Below are positions 26,342-35,895 of a stretch of DNA of 41,447 nucleotides, in pieces. This stretch comes from a virus (Duplodnaviria; Caudoviricetes). The stretch lies in IMG/VR virus record IMGVR_UViG_3300028388_003367, positions 1-41,447 of that record, one strand, 5' to 3'. Positions within the stretch are counted from its first letter, which is position 1, and each line of letters opens with the position of its first letter. The translations under genes and the position numbers were made by a program. The notes beneath the pieces were generated by a model. The model saw nothing but the letters and a program-made list of their open reading frames with translations, was not told where the DNA came from and did not search any database.

Positions 26342-28512
26342 TGGCACGCGCACCCCGACTCAGCACCGCCCGCGCCGGCCTGCTCGGCGGATCCTCCTCC
26401 GGCCCGCGCATGTCGAATGCCAACGCCAGCATGATCGAGCGCGGCGGGCAGTCCGTGGCCGGGGGCATTCAATCCGTCGCCGAGGCGCAGCTCCGCATCG
26501 ACCAGAACCGGGCGGCGGCGTACGTGGCCGAGAAACAGCCCGAGGTCGAGCTCCGCATGCAGCAGCTTCTGCTGGAGCAGCAGCAGAACATCACCGCAGA
26601 CAACGTCGATTCGTTCGTCGCCGTGTACACCGAGTCGATCGATTCCATGCTGGCGGACGCCATCGAGCAGACGCCGGCGCGTGGTCAGCGCCAGATGCGC
26701 GCGGCCATGGCCCGGGCGAGGGCGCGAAACGTCGGCGCGGCGCTGCAGATCGAGGCGCGACGTGGCATCGAGCTGCGCACGGAGCAATTCATGCGCGGTG
26801 CCGAGACCGCCGGCGCCATCCTGGAGACCCGGCCAGAGCACTACGGCGAGCACCTGCAGACGCAGCTCGAGGCCATCGACGGGCTCATGGTGCCCGATGC
26901 GCAGAAGGACCGACTGCGCGAGGTCACGACGGGCATGCTCACCGAGTCGCACATTCGCGGCCTGATCGACCTGAGCCCGGAGACGGCGCTCGCTGCGCTC
27001 GAGGCGGGAAGCTACGACGAGCGGCTGACGCCTGACCGCAAGCGCGTGCTGGTCAACACGGCGCGGCAGCGCGGCAGCGCGATGACGAATCAGGCGCGGC
27101 GCGAGCTCGCCGGCATGCTGAACAGCATCGAGGACGCGGTGCTCGACGGCGTCGCCCCGCCCATGAGCATCGCCGACTGGCGAGAGCAGGCTGCCGGCCT
27201 CGGCGTCACCGCCGGCCCCGAGGTGGAACAGGCCGCGCTGCTCGACGCAGTCAGCCAGCAGACGCGCGAGATGCGCATGACCGGCTTCACCCCCGCCTCC
27301 CGTCAGGCTGCGCAGGAACGCGGCCTCAATCTGGAGCGCATTCCTCCAGCGGTCGCCATCAGTCAGACGGTCGACGTGCTTGAGGCGCAGCGCCGTCGCG
27401 AGGGTGCGAGTCGGGGTCTCGACATGCTGCTCACCGCGGCGCGGAACATTGAGGCGCAGGTGGTCGAGCGCGCGAAGAACAACCCGATCCTGGGCGCGTA
27501 CGAGGCAGGCGTCATCGACGAGATGCCGGACCTGGATCCGATGAACCCGGTGCTGTCCGTCGAGCGCATGGCGGCGATGGAAGCCGCGACGAGCTACTTC
27601 GGGCGCCCGGTATCGCCGTTCAACAAGGACGAGGCCATCCGCATCCGAGAGACGATGGCGCAGATGCCGCCGGACCAGCGCGCCGAGCACGTCGTCCGCA
27701 TGGTGTCGCAGCTCCCGCCGCAGTATGCGGACCGCGTCGCAGAGCAGCTCGGCGATGGCGATGCGGCCATGGGCGCCGCGGTTGCCATGGCGGTGCGCGG
27801 CAAGACGGAGCTGGTGGACCGGATCTTCCGCGGCCAGTCAGTCATGGACAGCGAAGGCTTCCAGCTCTCAAAGGATGACTTCCTCGCGAGCGTGCCGGTG
27901 GACTACGTGCAGGCGCTGGGTGCGTCCCCGGGCGCATACGAGCTGTTCTACCAGGCTGCCATGGCGCTCTACTCTGGCCGGACAGACGTCGACGTGTTCT
28001 CGCCGAGCGCGGCTGTGGACAGCGGTGCGTTCCAGGAAACATGGGACGAGCTCACGGGCGGGCTGGTGAGCCACAACGGACGCATGACGGTGGCGCCGGT
28101 CGAGAAGATGACGCAGGACGACTTCCGTGCCGCGCTGTACCGGATGGAGCAGGTCGACATCGCGCGCTACGGGCGACAGCGCATGCCGGACGGCAGCTTC
28201 ATGCCGGTCGAGGACGTGCCCGGCAGCACCGGCATGGCGCGCGCACCGGGCGATGGCACGACGGCGCCGCAGCTTCTGACGCCGGAGATGGTCCTGCGCG
28301 ACACGCAGTTCATTCCCGCGGCCGAGGGCATGTACTACGTCGTCATGGGCGACTCCACCATCCAGACCGGCCCCGAGGGGCAGCCGTACGTCTTCGACAT
28401 GCGGTCCTACCTCAAAAGCCTGCAGTACACGCCGCTGGCTGGCGTTTCGAGGGAGCCCACGGAGGAAGAAGTCCTGGGTTCCATTCTTCGCGGTGATTGG
28501 CTCGAAGACTGA
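26341..28512 (+). CDS. internal virion/ejection protein (gp15-like)
   Basis: Large helical Ala/Glu/Arg-rich protein; TGATG coupling; position. Confidence 0.7.
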   Translation: MARAPRLSTARAGLLGGSSSGPRMSNANASMIERGGQSVAGGIQSVAEAQLRIDQNRAAAYVAEKQPEVELRMQQLLLEQQQNITADNVDSFVAVYTESIDSMLADAIEQTPARGQRQMRAAMARARARNVGAALQIEARRGIELRTEQFMRGAETAGAILETRPEHYGEHLQTQLEAIDGLMVPDAQKDRLREVTTGMLTESHIRGLIDLSPETALAALEAGSYDERLTPDRKRVLVNTARQRGSAMTNQARRELAGMLNSIEDAVLDGVAPPMSIADWREQAAGLGVTAGPEVEQAALLDAVSQQTREMRMTGFTPASRQAAQERGLNLERIPPAVAISQTVDVLEAQRRREGASRGLDMLLTAARNIEAQVVERAKNNPILGAYEAGVIDEMPDLDPMNPVLSVERMAAMEAATSYFGRPVSPFNKDEAIRIRETMAQMPPDQRAEHVVRMVSQLPPQYADRVAEQLGDGDAAMGAAVAMAVRGKTELVDRIFRGQSVMDSEGFQLSKDDFLASVPVDYVQALGASPGAYELFYQAAMALYSGRTDVDVFSPSAAVDSGAFQETWDELTGGLVSHNGRMTVAPVEKMTQDDFRAALYRMEQVDIARYGRQRMPDGSFMPVEDVPGSTGMARAPGDGTTAPQLLTPEMVLRDTQFIPAAEGMYYVVMGDSTIQTGPEGQPYVFDMRSYLKSLQYTPLAGVSREPTEEEVLGSILRGDWLED

Positions 28513-30380
28513 TGGCTTTCTTCGAGGCCGATGACGTCCTTCATGCCCGCATGCGGACGGCGCCGGGCGCGACGGCGCCTGCGCACTTCAGCGAGGTGGT
28601 GGGTGCCGCGGCCAATGCGTTCGCGCTGGCGGATCGCTCCATCTCGCGACCCATGGCCCTTGCCGACGAGCACGAGCGCGTCGCCATGGCGGTACAGCGG
28701 TACAGCGGCGAGCAATGGGACTGGACTGGCGGCAAGCGCGTGCGCTCCGACCTGCCGGGCCTGGGCCTGCTCACGGGCGGAATGCCCTTGACCGACCGCG
28801 AGTCGGACCTGTTCTGGACGAACCTGCAGGCAGCCATCGACGCGGATCCCGGATTGCTCGATGCGCTGCCGATCAAGTCGAAAGAGGAGCTGTACAACCG
28901 CATGTACGGGCGCGCGCAGAACGCGCAGGCCGTGCGGCGGGAAGTGGAAAGCCGTGCTGGCGTGGGCACTCAACTGTTCGGCGGCATGCTTGGCGAGGTG
29001 CTCGCCATCTCGGCGGACCCAGTAGTGGCCCCGACGTTCGCGCTGGGCGCTCCGGCGGCGGCGCGTGTCGGTCTGCTCCGCGGCATGGCAATCGAGGCTG
29101 GCATCGGGGGCGGATCGGAGGCTATCGCGCAGGTGCTGGCGCAGCCGTACCGGGACGAGGCCGGCGTCGAGCGGACGACCGGCGACATCCTGATGTCCAT
29201 CGGCACCGCGGCAGCCGGCGGAGCGGGCCTGTACGGGCTGCTGGGGCTGGTCATGCGCCGCTTCGGTGGTGACGTGGCGCAGCAGGCAGCGGAAGCGCTG
29301 AAGGCGTCGCGGCTGGCAGAGGAGCGTCCGGCGAGCGTCAGTGCCGAGCAGCACATCCGCGACGTGAACCAGGCCATCTTCGATCTGCAGGAAGGGCGCG
29401 CGGTCAACATCGCTGGCACCGGCCAGGGTGATCTGGCGCAGCAGGCGGTGGGTCTCGACGTGCTCGCGGCTCGACTGCGCTCGCTGGACCGGCAGGGGAT
29501 CGACACGTCACTGCTCGTGCCGAACCTGCCCCGCGCCATGGAGGCTATGAACAACGGGGTGCGCGTTGCCTTGTCGCGGCGGCGCACAGATGGTCTCGTC
29601 GCCGCCGCCGCCCGGGCGCAGGGCGCCTTGCGTGAGGCCATCGAGGCGGCTGCGGAGGCCGAGCGGACGTACCAGGATTGGCTCACGCAGCAGTCGCAGA
29701 ACACGACGGATCAGCTTGCGGCTCAGATGGCACGCGGAGGCCGGGCCAACGCCGAGCGCGCCATGGATCGGTCCACTCGCCAGCGTCTGAATCAGGTCGA
29801 GCAGCAGCTTCAGACCGTCACGGATCCTGACCAACGCGCAGCGCTGAACACCGAGCGTCGCCGCATCGTGGACGCCGCCCGGAAGCGCGTCGAGCGGGAA
29901 GCCGTCAGGCTGGAGGCCGAAGGCGAGCGCATCCAGGCGCAGGTGCTGGCTGCCGAGGCGCGTCGCAACGCCGCATCGCAGGCGGTCACGCGCGCGGATC
30001 GTGAGTTCGGCGAGGCGCAGGGCGCCATTGCCCGGGAGATCGGGGGTGCCCTCGACGACCGCGCCATTCGCCGCATGTACCAGGAGCGCGCCGCGGGCAG
30101 GGTCGAGGCCGGCGACATGCCGGTCGGTCAGGCCGCACGCGCTGCTGAAGGTCGCGCCGCTGCCGAGCAGGTGCAGGAGCAGGTCGAGACGTCCGTGTTC
30201 GACGAGCTGGCCGAGGCCCGGCTGGGCGCCGCACGCGAGGCTGCGCAGGAGAGCGTGGAGTTCGCGGATCAGCAGGTCGCCATGCTCGGCGAGGAGATGA
30301 CCATGGCCGAGGCGCTGGAGCGCGTCGACATCGAGGAAACGAACGTCAACGAGTGGAGGGCATGCACCCTTGGCGCTTGA
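28512..30380 (+). CDS. internal virion/ejection protein with Gly-rich hydrophobic segments and coiled coil
   Basis: Position; TGATG coupling; AAAGGAGLYGLLG segment. Confidence 0.7.
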   Translation: MAFFEADDVLHARMRTAPGATAPAHFSEVVGAAANAFALADRSISRPMALADEHERVAMAVQRYSGEQWDWTGGKRVRSDLPGLGLLTGGMPLTDRESDLFWTNLQAAIDADPGLLDALPIKSKEELYNRMYGRAQNAQAVRREVESRAGVGTQLFGGMLGEVLAISADPVVAPTFALGAPAAARVGLLRGMAIEAGIGGGSEAIAQVLAQPYRDEAGVERTTGDILMSIGTAAAGGAGLYGLLGLVMRRFGGDVAQQAAEALKASRLAEERPASVSAEQHIRDVNQAIFDLQEGRAVNIAGTGQGDLAQQAVGLDVLAARLRSLDRQGIDTSLLVPNLPRAMEAMNNGVRVALSRRRTDGLVAAAARAQGALREAIEAAAEAERTYQDWLTQQSQNTTDQLAAQMARGGRANAERAMDRSTRQRLNQVEQQLQTVTDPDQRAALNTERRRIVDAARKRVEREAVRLEAEGERIQAQVLAAEARRNAASQAVTRADREFGEAQGAIAREIGGALDDRAIRRMYQERAAGRVEAGDMPVGQAARAAEGRAAAEQVQEQVETSVFDELAEARLGAAREAAQESVEFADQQVAMLGEEMTMAEALERVDIEETNVNEWRACTLGA

Positions 30381-32934
30381 TCCCTTCGCCTGCTATCGCG
30401 AGAAGGTGCGCGCCGGTCGCGTCACGCAGAAGTCCCTCGATGAGATGGAGGAGCTTCGCGATCTGCTGCGCGCGAACCGCAACGACCCGGACCAGATTGC
30501 CGAGGCGCAACGTGTCCTCGAGCTGATGGAGCACCGGCAGCGGGTGCGCAAGGTGCAGACCAGCCTGCAGTTTGCTGCGTTCCAGCGCGCTTCGGCGCAG
30601 ATGGACAAGGCGGTTCAGCGTCGCAGCGTCCTCCGTCAACAGATCGGTGGTCAGGAAGCCGGGCTCGCGTTGCTCACGCCAGATCCGCGCGGGGTGTACA
30701 CCGGCACCAACAACGTCGAGCACCTGTCCGAATCCATTGCCCGCAACGCGCAGGGCCTGTTCATCGACGCCATGGAGAAGCTCCGGCGCTCCGGCTTCGG
30801 GCTGGTCGACAGCGCTGACCAGAAAGCGCTGGTGCGCGAGATCATGGAGGCGCTCTACGGCAACCAGAACGTGAGCCAGGCTGCGAAGGACATCGCGGCG
30901 TCGTGGGGCGAGGTCGACGACTATCTGATCCGCGAGATTCGTCGTGGCGGCGCCGACGTCGTGCAGCGGCGAGACTTCAAGATCCCGCAGCGTCACGACC
31001 CGGCCAGCTTCAAGCGCGCGGCGAATCTGGTCAACGACAAGGGCGGGCGCTTCAAGTACAAGGAGCACCTCGACGCATGGAAGTCCTACATCACGCCGCG
31101 GCTCAACCGCACGGCGATGAAGTCCCGCGTCACTGGGCAGCCGCTGACTGACGACGAGCTCGACGTCTTGCTCGACGAGATGTTCGACAACGTCTACACC
31201 GACGGCATGAATCGGTTTGAGGCGCAGAAGGTCGGGCAAGCGAAGAAGCCGCCGCGCCGTCTCGCCGACCGGCACACGCTCGAGCGCGTCATCGTGTTTC
31301 GTGATGCCGAAGCCCACATGGAATACGTCGACATGTTCGGTGGTGGCTTCGACCTGTTCTCGACCATGACCGGGCACATCGACAAGCGCTCTCGCGAGGC
31401 TGCCTTCCTGCAGATTCTCGGCCCCGACCCTGATGCGACCATGGACCTGCTCGGCAACCGGGCGCGCGCCATCGACGGCGAGGATCCGAACATCCTCAAC
31501 GGGGTGTACCGCGAGCTGACCGGGCGGCTCGAGGCGGCGACCGGGCAGGGCACGGCCTGGGCGCACGGTGGCCGGGCTGTCCGCAACGTCCTGACCGCGG
31601 CGCAGCTCGGTGGCGCGTTCATCTCGGCCATCGCCGACGTCGGGTTCCAGGCGCTCGCGTCGTTCTACAACGGGGTGAGCTTCGGCCGCGTGTTCAGCCG
31701 TCAGATGCAGCTCATGATCCGCGGCGCCTACGACAAGACGGACCTGAAGTTTGCCGCCCGCCTCGGCATTGCGGCCGAGGAATGGTCAGGCAGTGCGCTG
31801 TCCGCCGTGCGCGTCATGGGTGAGCTCAACGGCCCGCGCGTGACCCGCAAGGCGGTGGATGCCGTCATGCGCGCCTCGCTGCTGTCGCAGTGGACGCAGG
31901 CGGGGCGCCAGGCGTTCGGGCTGGAGTTCCTCGGGGCGCTGGCGGACGAGACGGACAAGGCGTTCGATGCCATCAACCCGGCGCTGAAGCGCGCGCTCGA
32001 GCGCCGTGGCATGACCGCGGCCGAGTGGGATCAGGTGCGCAGCGTTCCGCTGGCATCGCGCACCAACAACCCGGGCGACCCGGGCTACCTCGACCCGCCT
32101 TCGATCATGGCAGCCGGCCACCGGGATGCCGCGCTGAAGCTGATGCAGACCATCCAGGAGGAGCAGGAGTTCGCCGTGCCCTCCGGCAACGCGCGGGTGC
32201 GCGCGAACCTGAAGGGTGCTTTTCGAGGCGGCGAGGGCCTCGAGGCCGGCACGCTCCCGGGCGAGCTGATGCGCTTCGCCGGGCAGTACAAGTCGTTCCC
32301 GGTGACGCTCATGTACACGCACCTCAGTCGGTACTTCTTCGACCCGGCTGTCGGCGCGATGTCGAACCGCATCGGCTACACGGCATTCCTGTTCTCCTCG
32401 ATGACCCTGATGGGCGCCATCGCCGTGAACGCGAAGAACATCCTGGCAGGCAAGGATCCCATCGACCCGGCGGGCGAGAATGCCGGTGCATTCTGGGCGG
32501 CTGCCGCGCTTCAGGGCGGTGCGCTTGGCCTGTTCGGCGACTTCCTGTTCTCCGACCATTCACGCTTCGGCAAGTCCCCTTTCCTCAGTGCTGCCGGCCC
32601 GGGCGCATCGCTGTTCGATGACGTCGTGAAGCTGACGCAGGGTGCAGGCCCGGCCGTGTGGGACGAAGAATCGAACTACGGTCGCGAGATCACGCGCTTC
32701 ATCGGCAACTACGCGCCGGGCAACAACCTTTGGTACACGCGGCTTGCTTTCGAGCGCATCGCGCAGGACCAGCTTCAGTACATGCTTGACCCGGATGCGG
32801 CGCGCTCGTTCCGGGCGAAGGCGAACCGGGCGCAGCGCGATTTCGGCACGAGCTACTGGTGGGCGCCCGGCACCACCAGCCCGCAGCGCAGTCCCGACTA
32901 CGTCCCGCCGGGCGTCGAAAACCTGATGGAGTGA
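30370..32934 (+). CDS. large internal virion/DNA ejection protein
   Basis: PQRHD, AAQLGGAFISAIAD, QYKSFP, GGALGLFGDFL, NLWYTR, YWWAPG motifs. Confidence 0.85.
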   Translation: MALDPFACYREKVRAGRVTQKSLDEMEELRDLLRANRNDPDQIAEAQRVLELMEHRQRVRKVQTSLQFAAFQRASAQMDKAVQRRSVLRQQIGGQEAGLALLTPDPRGVYTGTNNVEHLSESIARNAQGLFIDAMEKLRRSGFGLVDSADQKALVREIMEALYGNQNVSQAAKDIAASWGEVDDYLIREIRRGGADVVQRRDFKIPQRHDPASFKRAANLVNDKGGRFKYKEHLDAWKSYITPRLNRTAMKSRVTGQPLTDDELDVLLDEMFDNVYTDGMNRFEAQKVGQAKKPPRRLADRHTLERVIVFRDAEAHMEYVDMFGGGFDLFSTMTGHIDKRSREAAFLQILGPDPDATMDLLGNRARAIDGEDPNILNGVYRELTGRLEAATGQGTAWAHGGRAVRNVLTAAQLGGAFISAIADVGFQALASFYNGVSFGRVFSRQMQLMIRGAYDKTDLKFAARLGIAAEEWSGSALSAVRVMGELNGPRVTRKAVDAVMRASLLSQWTQAGRQAFGLEFLGALADETDKAFDAINPALKRALERRGMTAAEWDQVRSVPLASRTNNPGDPGYLDPPSIMAAGHRDAALKLMQTIQEEQEFAVPSGNARVRANLKGAFRGGEGLEAGTLPGELMRFAGQYKSFPVTLMYTHLSRYFFDPAVGAMSNRIGYTAFLFSSMTLMGAIAVNAKNILAGKDPIDPAGENAGAFWAAAALQGGALGLFGDFLFSDHSRFGKSPFLSAAGPGASLFDDVVKLTQGAGPAVWDEESNYGREITRFIGNYAPGNNLWYTRLAFERIAQDQLQYMLDPDAARSFRAKANRAQRDFGTSYWWAPGTTSPQRSPDYVPPGVENLME

Positions 32935-32937
32935 CGC

Positions 32938-33546
32938 ATGAACGATGCGGACGGGCGGTCCACCGAACCGAAGCGAGATGTCGGAGAGCTACAGCGCGCG
33001 CATGGCGTGCTGGACCCGCGGCGGTTGATTCACTACATGGTGTGCGAGCCGCCGGTGTACGAGCTGACCCGGGTGTCGAAGAAGGGGATTCGGCCGGGCG
33101 CGCACAGGGAGGCGAGGAAGAACCACATCGCCAGCCAGATCGACCGCGCGCCGTTCTACGGGCGGCTCGAGCTGCTCGAGATCGGCCTCGCGGTCATGCG
33201 CTTCCTGCGCGACAACGGTGGTCTCACGACGCGCCAGAGCATCACCAATCGCCTGCGCTACATGATCCCGGGGCGACGCTGGAAGGACGACAAGACGTGG
33301 CGCCACAAGCTGCGGCAGGGCATCTACGGGGCGAAGCGGTCGGGGTGGCTCGACACCCTGTACCTGCCTGAAGGCGTGCCGCTGGGGAAGATTCCCGGGG
33401 CGCCGTGCCCGCAGTGCCAGGCGTGGATGGCGCCGGCCATGATCGAGCAGGTGCGGGCGCTGGACTACGTGCCGTATGGGGGCGCCGAGATCCAGGTGGT
33501 GGACCCCGACGCCCGGGTGGAGGTGGTGGATCAGGAGGCGGACTGA
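32938..33546 (+). CDS. hypothetical basic protein, possibly nucleic-acid binding
   Basis: GGAG SD; Arg/Lys-rich; CPQC. Confidence 0.65.
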   Translation: MNDADGRSTEPKRDVGELQRAHGVLDPRRLIHYMVCEPPVYELTRVSKKGIRPGAHREARKNHIASQIDRAPFYGRLELLEIGLAVMRFLRDNGGLTTRQSITNRLRYMIPGRRWKDDKTWRHKLRQGIYGAKRSGWLDTLYLPEGVPLGKIPGAPCPQCQAWMAPAMIEQVRALDYVPYGGAEIQVVDPDARVEVVDQEAD

Positions 33547-33692
33547 TCGTCCTCGAGGTCGAGCTCCACAGCCTCCTCGTCCTCCATCTCGCCCTCGGTC
33601 TCCGCGCGCACGCGGATGGCCGCGGCGCGGATGAGCTTCAGCCGGTGCTCGGCGAAGTCCTCGTCGAGATCGGTGTCGATGTTCCAGCTCAT
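33531..33692 (-). CDS. 53-aa very acidic protein absent from the ORF track
   Basis: MSWNIDTDLDEDFAEHRLKL...EMEDEEAVELDLEDDQSAS; ATGA-coupled; GGAGGG SD. Confidence 0.65.
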   Translation of the reverse strand: MSWNIDTDLDEDFAEHRLKLIRAAAIRVRAETEGEMEDEEAVELDLEDDQSAS

Positions 33693-33979
33693 GCCTTGCC
33701 CTCCACTGCTGCTCGAATCGCCCGACCATGCCAGGGCCGGGTCATCATCACCGCGGCCAGGGGCTCGACGATGTCGTCCCGCGGCCCGTTCGACTTCGGC
33801 GGGCTCGGCTGGAGCTTGAGCCCCATCTTCCGGCAGCGCTTCCGGATGGTCTCCGGTGCGCAGCCGACTGCCTCAGCCAGCGTGATCGCGTTGTGTTCCG
33901 GCGACCAGTGCGACCGGATCGCCGCGGCGAACTCCCTCGACTTCTCGCGCTGGTTCCGCCGCCACAGTGAATCAGCCAT
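33689..33979 (-). CDS. helix-turn-helix protein
   Basis: AITLAEAVGCAPETIRKRCRKMGL HTH pattern. Confidence 0.7.
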   Translation of the reverse strand: MADSLWRRNQREKSREFAAAIRSHWSPEHNAITLAEAVGCAPETIRKRCRKMGLKLQPSPPKSNGPRDDIVEPLAAVMMTRPWHGRAIRAAVEGKA

Positions 33980-34103
33980 CTCCTCGCTCCTTGAATCCAG
34001 ACTTCTTCGCTCGCTCCCGGGCGGCGTGCCCGAGATCCCACTTCCGCCAGGGCGACGTCTTGCTGTTCGCCCGCTTGCGCTTCGATGTTTCTGGGTCCGT
34101 CAT
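33972..34103 (-). CDS. small basic protein (MTDPETSKRK...)
   Basis: ATGA-coupled; fills the gap between neighbours. Confidence 0.5.
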   Translation of the reverse strand: MTDPETSKRKRANSKTSPWRKWDLGHAARERAKKSGFKERGDG

Positions 34104-34291
34104 GCTTTCTTCCCGTAGACCGCTGGCTTCCTGGACCACGGTGACGCCTTGGCGCCGGCGCGACCTGCCTTCTGGTGCGCTGCGTTCGAGTGGCTGTTCG
34201 AGTTCGCGCATGCATTGGAGTGGTAGCCCCATCCGCGCGACCGCTGCTTCTTGTTCGGCTGGAACTCGATCCCGCAGCCAGTGCATTTCAT
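34100..34291 (-). CDS. small basic Zn-ribbon-like protein
   Basis: CTGCGIEF..YHSNAC; GGAGG SD. Confidence 0.65.
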   Translation of the reverse strand: MKCTGCGIEFQPNKKQRSRGWGYHSNACANSNSHSNAAHQKAGRAGAKASPWSRKPAVYGKKA

Positions 34292-34307
34292 CCTGCCTCC
34301 GAATCGC

Positions 34308-34351
34308 TGGTGGGTAGTCTAGTCAGAACCGTTGGTGGGTAGTCTAGTCAG
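34308..34351. repeat. 19-bp direct repeat TGGTGGGTAGTCTAGTCAG x2, 25-bp period
   Basis: 34308-34326 equals 34333-34351. Confidence 0.9.
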
Positions 34352-34685
34352 GGCGGCGCCACTTGATCGCCCAGGAATGCGCCCGCTCGAGCCGCCGCAG
34401 ATCCTCGAGCCGGAGCGCCGGCATTCCGGCATTCGACCGTTCGCAGGACATGGCGAGTTTCGCCAGGGCCGAGACCAGTCCCGACCCGCGAGCGGCCCAT
34501 ACGCGCCCCGTAGGTGCGTGGCGCAGGATCACCCGCACGTCATGTGGCGCCGGTTCGAGCGTTTCGAGGAGCCACCCGGGCGCCCGCACGTCCGCGCCCC
34601 GCTTGGGTATACCGCCCACAGGGCCCCAGGAAGGCGCCTCACGGCGCGGGAAAGGAATGACGCGGGCCACCCTACCGGCGAGCAT
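34344..34685 (-). CDS. hypothetical protein
   Basis: GAGGG SD; RVIPFP motif; operon continuity. Confidence 0.55.
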   Translation of the reverse strand: MLAGRVARVIPFPRREAPSWGPVGGIPKRGADVRAPGWLLETLEPAPHDVRVILRHAPTGRVWAARGSGLVSALAKLAMSCERSNAGMPALRLEDLRRLERAHSWAIKWRRPD

Positions 34686-34887
34686 GATCGGCGCCCTCGG
34701 TGGCATTGTGGCCCAGCTCCGCGCGATCCGATTCCGTGGCGATTTCCTCGCGGACGATAGGGACGCTGCGCGGCGCTTCGATGGTCAGGCGCACGCTGCG
34801 CCCGCCGGCCGGTCCCGCGTAGACGATGCGGACGCCACCCGGGAGAAGAATCGCCTGCCCGGGCGTGCGCGTTAGTGTCAATGGCAT
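34672..34887 (-). CDS. csrA: CsrA/RsmA-like RNA-binding protein
   Basis: LTLTRTPGQAI...VRLTIEAPRSVPIVREEI aligns with CsrA LILTRRVGE...VRIGVNAPKEVSVHREEI. Confidence 0.85.
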   Translation of the reverse strand: MPLTLTRTPGQAILLPGGVRIVYAGPAGGRSVRLTIEAPRSVPIVREEIATESDRAELGHNATEGADHARR

Positions 34888-34908
34888 GGTGTAGTGCTCC
34901 AATGCAAC

Positions 34909-34938
34909 GCGCCCCGGAAGCGCGAGCCGCCGGGGCGC
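34909..34938 (-). terminator. GC-rich hairpin just upstream of the csrA SD
   Basis: GCGCCCCGG / CCGGGGCGC 9-bp stem. Confidence 0.45.
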
Positions 34939-34966
34939 TGGTGGTGGTGCGTTGTGTGGCGCTGGT

Positions 34967-35161
34967 TTACCTTGCGTCGCGCATGGCGCGCTCTACAGCG
35001 CGCTCTATCTCATCCGCCGTCGGTTCCTCCGACGTGTCGTCGGGCATGATGTCCCGCCGCCTGAGTTCCTCGGCCCATGATTGCGCCGCGCTGAGGATGA
35101 TGCTTTCGTCGTCGCCGTCATACAGCTGTGCCTGTTCGTCCGTCATATAGAGCGTCTTCAT
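34967..35161 (-). CDS. small acidic early protein
   Basis: GGAGGAG SD; Asp/Glu-rich. Confidence 0.65.
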   Translation of the reverse strand: MKTLYMTDEQAQLYDGDDESIILSAAQSWAEELRRRDIMPDDTSEEPTADEIERAVERAMRDAR

Positions 35162-35177
35162 CGTCCGCACTCCTCCG

Positions 35178-35378
35178 CTAGTCCAGATAATTCTGCGCAA
35201 TTCGCGAAAGCGCTTCGTCCACGTCCTGCGCGAGCAGATACCAGCCGTAACGGTTTGCGTTCGGCATTACCCCGTAGAAATGCACTTCGCCGTCGCTGGT
35301 GATCCGGTAGCGCTCGGCGCCGATGCGCCTCATATGCCGCCGAATGGTGGCTCGCGCCGCTTTCTCGTGATTCTTCAT
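35178..35378 (-). CDS. small early protein
   Basis: ATGA-coupled; GGAGG SD. Confidence 0.7.
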   Translation of the reverse strand: MKNHEKAARATIRRHMRRIGAERYRITSDGEVHFYGVMPNANRYGWYLLAQDVDEALSRIAQNYLD

Positions 35379-35641
35379 CGTCCCGCTTCCTCCGCCTCAA
35401 CTCTCACCCGATCCCCCGAGCGGGCGCATATCCAGATCCCGCGCTCCGGGCACTCGACAATGCCGTGCGCTCGCATGGTCTCCCTCACTCGGCACCGCTC
35501 CCGCGTGTACCATGCGAGGCCATGCGCACTGCCGCGCAGGTCCCGCCCGGCGAGGATGCCGGGCTCGTGGCCGTGGAGCGCCACGTGGCGCGCGTAGGCG
35601 GTGGTCGGCAGGGCCGATGCTGGAATGGTGCGAGTGATCAT
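35375..35641 (-). CDS. small early protein (MITRTIP...)
   Basis: ATGA-coupled at both ends. Confidence 0.65.
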   Translation of the reverse strand: MITRTIPASALPTTAYARHVALHGHEPGILAGRDLRGSAHGLAWYTRERCRVRETMRAHGIVECPERGIWICARSGDRVRVEAEEAGR

Positions 35642-35895
35642 GCGTCGCCCTCCGCGATCCAGTACACGAGGCCCAAGCATTCGACGGAATCGCCTGCGCC
35701 CATCAAGTTCACGTCCTGCATGGCGTGCGAGGCGGTCTCGGCGCGATCTTCGTCGCAATGCTCGGCGGCCTGATCTTCCACGAATTGCAGCTCGTTGATC
35801 AGATACGCGCGCGCATCCTCAAGCGAATCGAACTCCGCCGGTTCCGATTCGGTTAGGTATCCGGGCATATTCCATCCGGCGATGTAGGTGATCAT
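35638..35895 (-). CDS. small acidic early protein (MITYIAGWNMPGY...)
   Basis: ATGA-coupled; Asp/Glu-rich. Confidence 0.7.
   Translation of the reverse strand: MITYIAGWNMPGYLTESEPAEFDSLEDARAYLINELQFVEDQAAEHCDEDRAETASHAMQDVNLMGAGDSVECLGLVYWIAEGDA

Noticed and set aside
13772-32559. Many long minus-strand ORFs opposite structural genes (e.g. 15610-17223, 21668-23551)
   Set aside because: Antisense shadows expected from high GC3 codon bias; no SD or recognisable motifs
34308-34351. Mini-CRISPR array
   Set aside because: Only two 19-bp copies separated by 6 bp; there is no spacer-sized gap
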